Origin: Planctomycetota bacterium
Lineage (GTDB): Bacteria; Planctomycetota; PLA2; JAEUHO01
Assembly (NCBI GenBank): GCA_965222115.1
Contig: CBDCTJ010000001.1
Coordinates: 1-64,000 of the forward strand
DNA: 64,000 nt
Reading direction: 5' to 3'
Positions 29,033 through 38,386 of this stretch are shown here, one piece after another. The notes under the pieces were generated by a model that did not search any database, was not told where the DNA came from, and saw nothing but the letters and a program-made list of their open reading frames with translations. A program made the position numbers and the translations under genes. Within the stretch, counting starts at the first letter, position 1. Every line of letters begins with the position of its first letter.

Positions 29033-30424
29033 TTAGTCGTCGTGGCTGAAGTTCGTCACGCGCCGGAGACCACCAATGTGGCGTTCGTCTGGACGGCCAT
29101 CGCGAAGCTTGGGTAGCGGCTTGTAGGGCGCCTTGGCGAAACGATACTGACCCAGCTTGCGCATAATGAGCGTGGACATGCGCTCGTCGTACTCAACTTC
29201 AGAGAAGTCACCCGCGGACCCGTAGACGTGTACTGCTTCGGTGGCAATGATCTGCCCGCGGAAGTAGGACGGCCCGTTGATATAGACCGACCCTTCAACA
29301 AAGATCATACCTTGATAGAAGCTGTTGGAACCGGTCTGAATGTGCAGATTGCCCTTGACCACCAGAATGCCTGAACCCCGCAAGGGGCGATCCACGGTGA
29401 AATAGGGATTGCCCTCGATGTACACCATCGCTGAATCGGGCATGCGATCCGGAAGCCCGTTTACCGGATCGGACGTGGCGATATCTGACATACCGCGAAG
29501 TTGGTCGTGGGACACGCCAAAGATATCTGTAACGCTTCCGCGGTAGTCCGGGACGGGAGTCAAGTCGCCGTAGATTTCGGCGCCGCTGTTCGTAGGGACA
29601 CCCGACAACTGCCCAAAGCCGGCGGCCGAATAGTGTACGACGCCCGCAGCATCGGTTCCGCCGCGTATACGCGCGTTGTTGCCAAAAACGATGTCCGAGC
29701 CATTCGTGCAGCAAACCGCCGCCTGCGCAGGCGGCGCGTAGGCAAGGCGTCGAATCTCGGTCTCAAGGGTGGCAGACGCAACGCGCTCGTTGGGCAATTG
29801 GTCAACCGGCACGGCTTCATCGCGAATGCGATACACCGATCCCCGACTGTGAAGTATCCAGTTGGCACCGAATCCAAGTACGTCGCGCGCATTGCTTACG
29901 TCACGCGTGCCGGTTGCGGCATCCCATCGACCGTTCGAGTTGAAGTCGTCGTATGTGTCTTCGAGGGGATTAAAGACCCCGTCGCCGTTGGTATCGGTCC
30001 ACGTTTCTGCGTCTTGCGCTTTCAAGACCTCATAACGACCCCAAAAGCCGGGGGAAATTTCAAAGGTCCGAACCAGACCCACGTTGGGATCTTCGGTTTG
30101 ATTTACGGGAGGATCCGCTGCCAGGTCGAGCTGCGGTGCAAAGCTATACACCGGTTGAACTTCTTGGCGCCTGAACCACGCATAGGCGTCGGTCAGGCCG
30201 GCGCGGGCGACTTCACGGGCATGACCCGTAGCCGAAAATTCCACGTCCGTGACGCGGTCAAGCGATTTGGTTTTCATCAGACCGGCGCCAATGATGCCCA
30301 TGATCATGAGCATGGAGATGGCCGTCCAAATGAGTACAACGCCTTGTTCGTTCGCGTTGCGATAGGTCGCGCGCGGTGCCGATTCCGCGTGCGTAGGAAA
30401 GAGAATGGTATTGGGTATTTTCAT
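29033..30424 (-). CDS. PilX/GspK-like pilin-type protein
   Basis: NEQG|VVLIWTAISMLMIMGIIG (no Glu5); AREVARAGL helix; two DxNGDG motifs; C-terminal GILVVKGNL beta-helix-like repeats. Confidence 0.8.
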   Translation of the reverse strand: MKIPNTILFPTHAESAPRATYRNANEQGVVLIWTAISMLMIMGIIGAGLMKTKSLDRVTDVEFSATGHAREVARAGLTDAYAWFRRQEVQPVYSFAPQLDLAADPPVNQTEDPNVGLVRTFEISPGFWGRYEVLKAQDAETWTDTNGDGVFNPLEDTYDDFNSNGRWDAATGTRDVSNARDVLGFGANWILHSRGSVYRIRDEAVPVDQLPNERVASATLETEIRRLAYAPPAQAAVCCTNGSDIVFGNNARIRGGTDAAGVVHYSAAGFGQLSGVPTNSGAEIYGDLTPVPDYRGSVTDIFGVSHDQLRGMSDIATSDPVNGLPDRMPDSAMVYIEGNPYFTVDRPLRGSGILVVKGNLHIQTGSNSFYQGMIFVEGSVYINGPSYFRGQIIATEAVHVYGSAGDFSEVEYDERMSTLIMRKLGQYRFAKAPYKPLPKLRDGRPDERHIGGLRRVTNFSHDD

Positions 30425-30805
30425 GGGATGTGGTGACTTCAGGGGGTTTCTGCTCGCGAACGACCCTCGTTTCATTTCGATTCGAGGGCCCACCGCAGAG
30501 CAAAGGACATTTGCAGTTGCCTTGGCAACGATCACGTGCACCGGGGAAGGCGGGGTAGGTGCAACCCAGCACCCAGACCTACGAACCTCGTGTTCACGTA
30601 ATCTGCCGGGCTCTCATCGACCGCCGCCGGCCCCCAAGTTGAGCCCATTCACTCGCACGCCTGGACATTCGCAAACAAGATGCTAAGTATTTGATAATCC
30701 GATGGTCCCAGATTGCGTGCGGGCCTGATCGAGTGAGGGGGAATGCCACGCGGCCCCCTACTATGGCGCCTCCTCGCTCAGATTGGCTTGGCGAGACCGT
30801 GACGT

Positions 30806-32170
30806 ATGAATGCCTTTCGGCAATTGACGGAGAGCTCCGTGCATCGAACGACGAATTCCAGTTCGTGGTGGCAGATGGTCGCCGCCTTTTTACTCGCCCT
30901 TGGGTTGCTTGCAGTTCCCGCGCTTGCCGACGACGACAAACCTGCCGGTGAAGTCGCCGAAGAAGAGAAGACTGATTCCGACAAAGAGGAAGAGGCCGCG
31001 CCCAAGACCATTCAGTGGGTCAAGGGGCTTGAGGATGGCCTCAAGGTTGCCAAAGAGGGCAACAAACTGGTGTTCCTCTACTTCGGTCGCGAAAAACCCG
31101 GCTGACCGCCCTGCAAAGCACTCGAGAGCCGTGTGTTCTCCAAAGATGGCAGCAACGAAATCAGCGATAAGTACGTAGCCGTAAAGCTCCTTGGCGGTGA
31201 CGATCTCGACGACGAAGGCAAAGCCGTTTCCAAGCGCTACGCCGTGCGTGGCTTCCCCACCATGCTTGGCCTCGATAGCAATGGCGCTGTACTTCAGTCG
31301 AGTTTTCCCCGATCGACCGAGGGCATTTTGACGGCGATGGAAGCCGCTGGAAAGGCGAAGGAGAAGTTCGCCGAGAAGCTCAAGGCGTTCGAGGCCAAAA
31401 AGGACGACGCCGACGCACAGCGCGACATGGCGGATCTCTACATTGAGCGTCGTCAGATGGAAGAAGCACGCCCTCTCCTGGAAGGACTCGCAAAGAAGGG
31501 TGAAGCCGACGACCTCATCAAGCTCATGAGCTGCTTGAGCGCACTTGAAGACAAAGAGGCCGCCAACAGTGTGATGGACACGCTCATCGAGAAGTTCCCC
31601 GAGCATGAGCAGTACGCTTCGTGGCGAATCACGAAAGCCATTGGCAACTTACCAAAGCCCCAACGTGGACTGGATCAAGAAGAAAACATCAAACGCTTGA
31701 CGAAGATCATCGAGTCGGTAGAGCCACTACTCAAGGACACCAAGGAAATGCATCACCATGCAATCCACGGACAGCTCATGGGTATGAAGGCCAATCTTGG
31801 CAAACATGAAGAGACCGCGATTCACGCCGAGTGGATCATCAAGCACGCGCCCAAGAGTGAGCATGCTCCTCAGGCGCTACTCATGTCTGCGATCTCCGCA
31901 ATCACAAAAGCGCGATCCGAGGATGACCTTAAAGCCGCCGAACGGGCGCTCAAGCTCTTTGAGCAACTGGCTGAGGAGCACCCGACTACGCGACCGGGCA
32001 TGATTGCTGCCCAACGTGGGGTTCCGCAGGCCAAGCAAACGGTGACGCTGATTCGAGAGAAGCAAGAGGCAAAGGCCAAAGAAGAGAGTGCCAAGGAGGG
32101 TGATGCCGAAGTAGAGGACGGCACTGAAGAGGACGCGGATAAGCCCAAGGAAGATGATCCAAAGAAGTAG
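30806..32170 (+). CDS. Exported thioredoxin-fold + TPR-like selenoprotein (UGA 31103-31105 = Sec; UPPC motif), 454 aa
   Basis: ORFs 30806-31105 and 31133-32170 are in the same frame. Read-through gives IQWVKGLEDGLKVAKEGNKLVFLYFGREKPG-U-PPC-KALESRVFS...YAVRGFPTMLGLDSNG, a complete thioredoxin fold. Signal peptide ends VPALA. Confidence 0.88.
31111..31152 (+). promoter_or_regulatory. Candidate bacterial SECIS element
   Basis: GAGAGC-cgtgt-GTTCTC hairpin (31124-31140); loop starts 25 nt after the UGA with G at loop position 2; possible lower stem CTGC/GCAG. Confidence 0.55.
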
Positions 32171-32209
32171 CCGTCCACGCTACCGCAAACGTACTTCATG
32201 AAACACGCT

Positions 32210-32251
32210 ACGCGCGCTTCGCACCACGGTGCAAGGCGCGCGTTCGTTTTT
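32210..32251 (+). terminator. Rho-independent terminator between convergent genes
   Basis: ACGCGCGCTT-c-GCACC-ac-GGTGC-AAGGCGCGCGT followed by tcgTTTTT. Confidence 0.7.
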
Positions 32252-32263
32252 GACTCTTCGGAC

Positions 32264-33262
32264 CTAACGCGCGTTGCGAATAGCCGTCAAGGCTCGCCGG
32301 ATTTCAACTTTGATCATCTTCTTACGCCACGAATGGGTGTGATCCGTATTGTCGAGTGGCTTCGCGGGACGCCACGCACTCGATGCGATGGCTTCAACAG
32401 CGTCATCCGTAAGCTTGGTTCCGATGAATTCTTTCGTCGCCTCGTCACATCGCACAGGCGTTGACCCCACCGCATTGAGCACAATATCCAAGGATTGAAC
32501 TTCGGGCGCCTTTGCATCCCGAGCAAGCTCCGCGCGTACAGCGACGGCCGCAACAGGAAAGTCGAACGAGCCTCGTCGCCGCACCTTGCGATAGACCGAG
32601 CGCATGTTGCCTTGCGAGGGAATGCGGATTGCCGTCAGCACTTCGTCGTCGCGCTTGGCGAGGTAATTGATCCCGTCATCCTGAAACAACGCATCCATGG
32701 GAATCGTTCGCTCCCCTTCGGGTCCCACCAATGTGACTTCCGCGCCCAGCGCCATGAATACCGGCACGGTATCGGAACTGTTGACGGCCCAACAACGCGG
32801 GCTGGACGGCGCCACCCAACACGTGTCGCCTTCGCATTTCATGCAGAAGTTAATGGCGCGGCGCCATTCGTAGTTCTGGTTGTAGTAGTTGCAGCGAGTG
32901 TCCAAGCACACGTTGCCGCCTATGGTGCCCATGGTGCGAAGCAGGGGCGTGCTGATGGATCGAACAGCCGTGGCGAGCGCCGGAAGTTGCTGACAAAAGT
33001 TGTTGTCGCGCTCAAGTGTACGCAACGTGGCGGCTGCGCCCAACGTGGTAGCGCCGTCGCGCTCCACGTGAATCTGACGAATGTCGCTAACGCCCCGCAG
33101 CGACACCACAACCCCCGGCGTTTGGTGCCTGCGCTTCATGTTCGGAAATAGATCCGTGCCACCAGCCACGACGCGCGCACGCGGACCTTCACTCGCAAGG
33201 ATATTCACTACGTCGTTCACGCTTGTGGGAGCGTGATAGGCGAAGGGCGGCAGTCGCATCAT
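32264..33262 (-). CDS. hcrB: Xanthine-oxidase-family FAD subunit with extra [4Fe-4S] loop (4-hydroxybenzoyl-CoA reductase beta-like)
   Basis: VAGGTDLFPNMKRR; MGTIGGNVCLDTRCNYYNQ...FCMKCEGDTC...RCWAVNSSD Cys-rich insert; RRRGSFDFP. Confidence 0.8.
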   Translation of the reverse strand: MMRLPPFAYHAPTSVNDVVNILASEGPRARVVAGGTDLFPNMKRRHQTPGVVVSLRGVSDIRQIHVERDGATTLGAAATLRTLERDNNFCQQLPALATAVRSISTPLLRTMGTIGGNVCLDTRCNYYNQNYEWRRAINFCMKCEGDTCWVAPSSPRCWAVNSSDTVPVFMALGAEVTLVGPEGERTIPMDALFQDDGINYLAKRDDEVLTAIRIPSQGNMRSVYRKVRRRGSFDFPVAAVAVRAELARDAKAPEVQSLDIVLNAVGSTPVRCDEATKEFIGTKLTDDAVEAIASSAWRPAKPLDNTDHTHSWRKKMIKVEIRRALTAIRNAR

Positions 33263-35739
33263 GAGGAAGCCACCTTCTTTTTGCGGCGAGGTGCCGTTCC
33301 GTCGCCCCCCTCGTCCTGGGTCTTTACGCGCATGGTTTTCGTGATGCCCATGTCGGGCATGGACTTGGGACCGTAGCGCTTGCTGCTTGACTGCATGGCA
33401 CGCAGTACCTTGTCGGGAGTAATAGGGATCTCATCGATGCGCACGCCCACGGCATCAAAGATTGCATTGGCCACGGCAGGCATGATGGGCAAGAGTGGTC
33501 CCTGACCAACTTCCTTGCCACCAAAGGGTCCTTGAGGATCGGGATCCTCGACCAGGTACGTAACGACATCGGGCATCTCGTGCGTCGTCGGACTCTTGTA
33601 TTCGAGCAATGACGGAATCTTGTGTACGCCGAAGCGATTGCCTCGGTAGGCCATCTCTTCCATGATGGCTTCGCCGAGGCCCATATAGACGCTGCCTTCC
33701 ACCTGCCCAATGACCGACATGTGATTGAGCGAACGGCCGATATCGTGTGCAATCCAAATTGTGCCCACCTTGACATCGCCCGTCTCTTCATCGACATCCA
33801 CTTCAACGACGGATGCGCTGTAGGAATAGGCGGGCGACGGACCCACGCCGGCACCGCGATAGCGACCCGGTGTTGGCGGCGGTGTATACGAGCCGGCCAC
33901 GGCGATCGTTCCCACCTTCGCTTCTGCAAATGAAACAGCGTCGGCGAAGGACATGCCGCGTTCGGGATCTTCCACGTCGTACACGCGGTTGTCGGCAAAT
34001 CGAAGGCGTTCCACCGGTACGTCGAGGTGTGTTGCGGCCACGCCCGCAACCTTCACGCGAGCTTTCGTTGCAGCTTCAATCGCGGCATTGCCAACCATGA
34101 GCGTAACGCGACTGCTGTAGCTGCCAAGATCAACCGGCGTGAGCTGTGTGTCGGCCACGTGGACGCGAATGTCGGTGAGGTTTACGCCCAGAACTTCTGC
34201 GACACAGGTCGCAAGCACCGTGTCGCTGCCCTGCCCAATCTCGGTTTCCCCACAGAGCACCGCAACGCCGCCGCCGCGATCCAACTGAACCGTTACGCCC
34301 GAGTGGGGCATGTTGTTCCAATAGATGGGAAGTCCTGCGCCGCAGATATAGGACGAGCATGCAATACCCACGCCTCGCCCACGCGGCAGCTTGCCGTACT
34401 TGGACTTCCAGTCGCTGCCCTCAACAACCTTTTCAATGCACTCGCGCAGCCCCATGGTTCCAATGCGAAGCCAGTTGGCGGTAACGGAGTTTGGCGGCTG
34501 AAGTTGTTGGAGGCGAAGTTCGGCGGGGTCCAATCCCAGTCGTGTTGCGGCGCGATCGAGCGACACTTCAAGTGCAAAACGAGGTTGGGGCGTGCCATGG
34601 CCGCGCTTGGGACCACACGGCGGCTTGTTGGTAAATGTGCGCACACCGTCAAATCGGTACGTGGGTACTTTGTAGGTCACGGTTTGCAGCGCACCCGTGT
34701 AGTAGGTACTCGCGACGCCGTAGGAGCCATAGCCCCCACCGTCAAGCAACGAGCGAAAATGCATGCCGGTGATGGTGCCGTCGTTCGTGAAGCCCATCGT
34801 GCATCGCATTTGCACCGGATGGCGACCACGATGGCAGTAAAATACCTCTTCGCGCGTCAAACAGATCTTCACCGGACGCTGCGTCATGAGCGCGAGCTTA
34901 GCAACCGCGATCTCGTGATTGAACGGATCGCTCTTCCCTCCAAATCCCCCACCATTGGGACACGCAATGACGCGAATGTGGGAGCGCGGCATGTCCAACA
35001 CTTTCGAAAGCGCGCGGTGCAGGTAGTGGGGCGTCTGTGTAGATGACCAAATCGTTAGGCGGCCGTCGGCATCGGGATTAGCAAGTGTCGCGTGCTGCTC
35101 GATGGGTAGATGCGTATTGCCCTCGTAGAAGTAATGATCATCAAGCACAAAGTCTGCCGCTTCGAGCGAAGCTTCGACATCGCCAAACTGCATTGAAACG
35201 CGCTTATGTACATTGCCGTCGTCGCCATAGTCGTGCATGGCTTCTACGTCATTCTTAAGCGCCTTGGCGGGCGAAAAAATGCCCTCAATTGGTTCATACG
35301 CCACGCGGATGGCATTCATGGCGTCGAAGGCCGCCTCTTCGCTCGTCGCCGCCACGGCCGCGACGGGATCGCCAATAAAACGAACTTTGTCAAGCGACAA
35401 GGCATGTTCGTCCTGTGAGACGGGCAAAATGCCAAACGTTGTGGGCAATGTTTCGCCGGTGAGCACGGCGACGACGCCGGGCATTGCTTCCGCAGCACGC
35501 GTGTCGATGGAGAGAATGCGCGCGTGGGCCACATGACTGCGATGAATCTTGCAATGCAACATGCGAGGCAACGACAGGTCATCAGCGAAACGCGTTGTGC
35601 CTTTCACCTTGTCGAAGGCATCCACCTTGATGGGTGAACCGCCAATCAACCGGTAGCCTTCCTTCAACTGCTGCGCAAGGCCCTCCTTGGCGCCGGCATC
35701 CGGGGATGGGCTGGCCTCGTCGGGAGCGTTGGCACTCAT
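33259..35739 (-). CDS. hcrA: Xanthine-oxidase-family molybdopterin subunit (4-hydroxybenzoyl-CoA reductase alpha-like)
   Basis: STQTPHY, GGGFGGK, HRGRHP, PCGPKRGHGTPQ, EIGQGSDT, DLGSYSSRVT, GQVEG, GPFGGKEVGQG. Confidence 0.8.
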   Translation of the reverse strand: MSANAPDEASPSPDAGAKEGLAQQLKEGYRLIGGSPIKVDAFDKVKGTTRFADDLSLPRMLHCKIHRSHVAHARILSIDTRAAEAMPGVVAVLTGETLPTTFGILPVSQDEHALSLDKVRFIGDPVAAVAATSEEAAFDAMNAIRVAYEPIEGIFSPAKALKNDVEAMHDYGDDGNVHKRVSMQFGDVEASLEAADFVLDDHYFYEGNTHLPIEQHATLANPDADGRLTIWSSTQTPHYLHRALSKVLDMPRSHIRVIACPNGGGFGGKSDPFNHEIAVAKLALMTQRPVKICLTREEVFYCHRGRHPVQMRCTMGFTNDGTITGMHFRSLLDGGGYGSYGVASTYYTGALQTVTYKVPTYRFDGVRTFTNKPPCGPKRGHGTPQPRFALEVSLDRAATRLGLDPAELRLQQLQPPNSVTANWLRIGTMGLRECIEKVVEGSDWKSKYGKLPRGRGVGIACSSYICGAGLPIYWNNMPHSGVTVQLDRGGGVAVLCGETEIGQGSDTVLATCVAEVLGVNLTDIRVHVADTQLTPVDLGSYSSRVTLMVGNAAIEAATKARVKVAGVAATHLDVPVERLRFADNRVYDVEDPERGMSFADAVSFAEAKVGTIAVAGSYTPPPTPGRYRGAGVGPSPAYSYSASVVEVDVDEETGDVKVGTIWIAHDIGRSLNHMSVIGQVEGSVYMGLGEAIMEEMAYRGNRFGVHKIPSLLEYKSPTTHEMPDVVTYLVEDPDPQGPFGGKEVGQGPLLPIMPAVANAIFDAVGVRIDEIPITPDKVLRAMQSSSKRYGPKSMPDMGITKTMRVKTQDEGGDGTAPRRKKKVASS

Positions 35740-36284
35740 TAGACGTCTTCCTCACCGCGCATACGCGCCGCCGCAAGTTCCACCGCCTCAAAGATCTTGA
35801 GATACCCCGTGCAACGACAGAGGTTGCCGGACAGCTCTTCTTTGATGGTGTCGCGGCTGGGATTCGTGTCGGATGCGAGCATGGCCTTCGCTACAAGCAA
35901 GAATCCCGGCGTGCAATAGCCACACTGTGCGGCACCAAGTTCCGCAAAGGCCTGTTGCAATGGATGCGTACCGTTGACGCCGGCCATGCCTTCCACAGTT
36001 TCGATCGAAACGCCATCGGATTCCAAGGCCAGGCGCAGGCAAGAAAGTTCTGCTTCGCCGTCGATCAAAACGGCACACGCGCCGCATTCACCCAACTCGC
36101 AACCGTGCTTGGTGCCCGTGAGACCCATATCTTCTCGAAGCACTTCGAGTAGCGTCTTGTGTGGAAAGAACGACACGTCCATGGATTCACCGTTGACCCG
36201 AAACGTGCGCTGTACTTTTCGCAGGTGACCTGTGTACGCATCGCCCGCGGGCGTCGCATCAACTGCCGCACCGTGATCACTCAT
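35739..36284 (-). CDS. hcrC: Xanthine-oxidase-family 2x[2Fe-2S] subunit (gamma-like)
   Basis: GTKHGCELGECGACAV, SCL, AQCGYCTPG, GNLCRCTGY. Confidence 0.8.
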   Translation of the reverse strand: MSDHGAAVDATPAGDAYTGHLRKVQRTFRVNGESMDVSFFPHKTLLEVLREDMGLTGTKHGCELGECGACAVLIDGEAELSCLRLALESDGVSIETVEGMAGVNGTHPLQQAFAELGAAQCGYCTPGFLLVAKAMLASDTNPSRDTIKEELSGNLCRCTGYLKIFEAVELAAARMRGEEDV

Positions 36285-36951
36285 CTGCGACTCCCCGTGA
36301 CGTCTCGCGCGCGCATGCGGTGTTCACCTCAACAGACCAACCGCGCAGCAGCGGCTCGACCAATCCAATAATCAAGTCGTTGGGGGTCCAAGTCCCCTCC
36401 GGACGCCACCACACCACCGTCCAGTTCAAGCAACCGAGAAACGCGAGCACTGCAAGCTTCACGTCCATCGGAGAGAACGTGCCGGCATCAATTCCCTGCT
36501 GAAGCATGGTACGCAACAGGGATTCGTAGCGGTTGCGCTTGGCTACAACGTCTTGCAACCGTTCATCGTCGAGCGCATAGAACTGAACATGCGCTGCACT
36601 TCCGCCAAGTGTGTCGAGCGTCGTGTCCAAGTGCACACGGGCCATCTTTCGCAGGCGCACTTTTACGGGTGCGGGATCATCAACCAGCGACTCCGCCGCG
36701 CCAATCAGCGAACTCAGCGCAAAGACTTGGCACGCGTAGAGCAGTTCCTGCTTGCTGGGGAAGTAGTGATAGAGCGCACCCGGGCGAATGTTCAAGCCGG
36801 CCGCAATTTCGCGCATGCCCGCACCGTGAAATCCCTTCCGTCGAAATACGACGGCGGCACGGCGAAGAATCTCCATGCGTCGGGCCTCGAAACGGCTGCC
36901 CTGATCGTCGAAATCGTCTCTCGAGGGGGCGAGGGGGTCACTTTGAACCAT
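36277..36951 (-). CDS. TetR/AcrR family regulator (KstR2/PaaR-like C-terminal domain)
   Basis: ILRRAAVVFRRKGFHGAGMREIA...ALYHYFPSKQELL; GCLNWTVVWWRPEG; overlaps the hcrC start. Confidence 0.92.
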   Translation of the reverse strand: MVQSDPLAPSRDDFDDQGSRFEARRMEILRRAAVVFRRKGFHGAGMREIAAGLNIRPGALYHYFPSKQELLYACQVFALSSLIGAAESLVDDPAPVKVRLRKMARVHLDTTLDTLGGSAAHVQFYALDDERLQDVVAKRNRYESLLRTMLQQGIDAGTFSPMDVKLAVLAFLGCLNWTVVWWRPEGTWTPNDLIIGLVEPLLRGWSVEVNTACARETSRGVADE

Positions 36952-36964
36952 GGTTCAAAGTTTA
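36940..36964 (-). promoter_or_regulatory. Perfect 22-bp palindromic operator over the tetR start codon, with adjacent -10 box
   Basis: ACTTTGAACCATGGTTCAAAGT (36940-36961) is its own reverse complement; minus strand reads TAAACT-N7-ATG. Confidence 0.8.
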
Positions 36965-37037
36965 GCGCGGCGCCCACACCCGTACGAATCGGGACGGACG
37001 GGACGCGCGGGACGCGCGGCAAATTCGACGAACGCGC

Positions 37038-38144
37038 CTATTTCTTGGGCACCGGGCGAAACGAGAAACTGTCCAGGAATGCTCGAAACATGGATCGACC
37101 CGCCGCCTCACTGGCCACGGGCATCGTCGCTTTGAGTCGGTAGCAGTGTTTGCCCCGCTTGGTGATGGCCATCATGATGAACTTGTCTTCGCCGCCGAGA
37201 TTGGCCTTGGCTTCCAGAAGATACCCCGTGCTGCCAGCGACTTCACCAGTGACAACCTTGGCCTGGCCCGACTGCTCCTTGACGTAGAACGCCTCCAATC
37301 GATCGGCGTCTTGTTCGGCTGTGCCATTGAAGGGAATTCGGTAGATTCCGAGTGTGGGCTGGGCACTGGTCTTGCCTTCAAAGTCCACAAAGTGGTTTTT
37401 GAACCGCGGCATGACGACCGCGTAGTCCTTGGGATAGCGACACGAAAAGCCGCGTATGTCGTCTCGGTAGGCGCCTTCACCGGTGGGTCCGGATCGCTTC
37501 TTTTGTGTGAGCTTCACGCTCTTGCGCAAGGCCTCGAGTAAGGGACGCACGCGAGACCAAAGTGTGGACCGGCAAATGCCATACAGCAAGAACTCGCGTT
37601 TGTTGGTCAGATAGTACGTCGCGTTGATTTGGTAGGAGATGGGCGGTGGCTTTACGCCATCCTTGGCGGCTCCTTGCACGACATAGGCGGCTTCGACGAC
37701 GACATGGGGAATCGGCACGTTGGCGGACGGGGGAATGGTGACCAGCGAACTGATCTTTGCCTTGCTCGATTTGGCCCAATCGGCCCGAATCATGGGGCCT
37801 AGCGCTTCAAGGTTTTGCGCCCGGCGCGGACGAACGCTCAACGTGGCCTCGGGACCGCCCTTGACCTTAGGGTCGTAAAATGTCGCAAGGCGCTTCCATG
37901 ACTTGTCCGCAGCCTTATCCACAGTGAGTCGCCACGACGCGGGTGTGACCGCCTCAATGCCCTCGGAGGTGCTGCGAAACTTCTTGCCCTTTGCGGCACG
38001 CTTCGCGGGCTTTGCGGGGGCCGACTCACCATCTTCCGGAGTACACCAGGCCGTGCCGGAACCGGCGATCATCATCAGCCAGGCGCATAGCATCGCGGTA
38101 GGAAACCACGCAACGCGGCGCGCTTTGCTTCGTCCCCATTCCAT
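37038..38144 (-). CDS. Exported hypothetical protein with two PsbP/DcrB-like domains
   Basis: Signal peptide; FRSTSEGIEAVTPASW and YRDDIRGFSCRYPKDY domain starts; FRAFLDSFSF end; start uncertain. Confidence 0.65.
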   Translation of the reverse strand: MEWGRSKARRVAWFPTAMLCAWLMMIAGSGTAWCTPEDGESAPAKPAKRAAKGKKFRSTSEGIEAVTPASWRLTVDKAADKSWKRLATFYDPKVKGGPEATLSVRPRRAQNLEALGPMIRADWAKSSKAKISSLVTIPPSANVPIPHVVVEAAYVVQGAAKDGVKPPPISYQINATYYLTNKREFLLYGICRSTLWSRVRPLLEALRKSVKLTQKKRSGPTGEGAYRDDIRGFSCRYPKDYAVVMPRFKNHFVDFEGKTSAQPTLGIYRIPFNGTAEQDADRLEAFYVKEQSGQAKVVTGEVAGSTGYLLEAKANLGGEDKFIMMAITKRGKHCYRLKATMPVASEAAGRSMFRAFLDSFSFRPVPKK

Positions 38145-38386
38145 CGACTCGTGCACGGGGTCTTGGCATCGAGGGGCGGCATCCGTCATGAGTGACTCCA
38201 ACCTTTCCTGTACGTGCCTCGCTACCCATCGCGGCGGCTCGGGGCGTCCCGGCATGTGGTTACGAGGCTAAACAAGGGTACCCAATCCTGGCAAAGCCAA
38301 CGAAGGCTCCCCGATTCCCCCCACGCCCAACCGTAGCCGCGCAGATACTCTCCGGGACGCCCGTCCCCCGCGTTTTTCCTCCGGAG

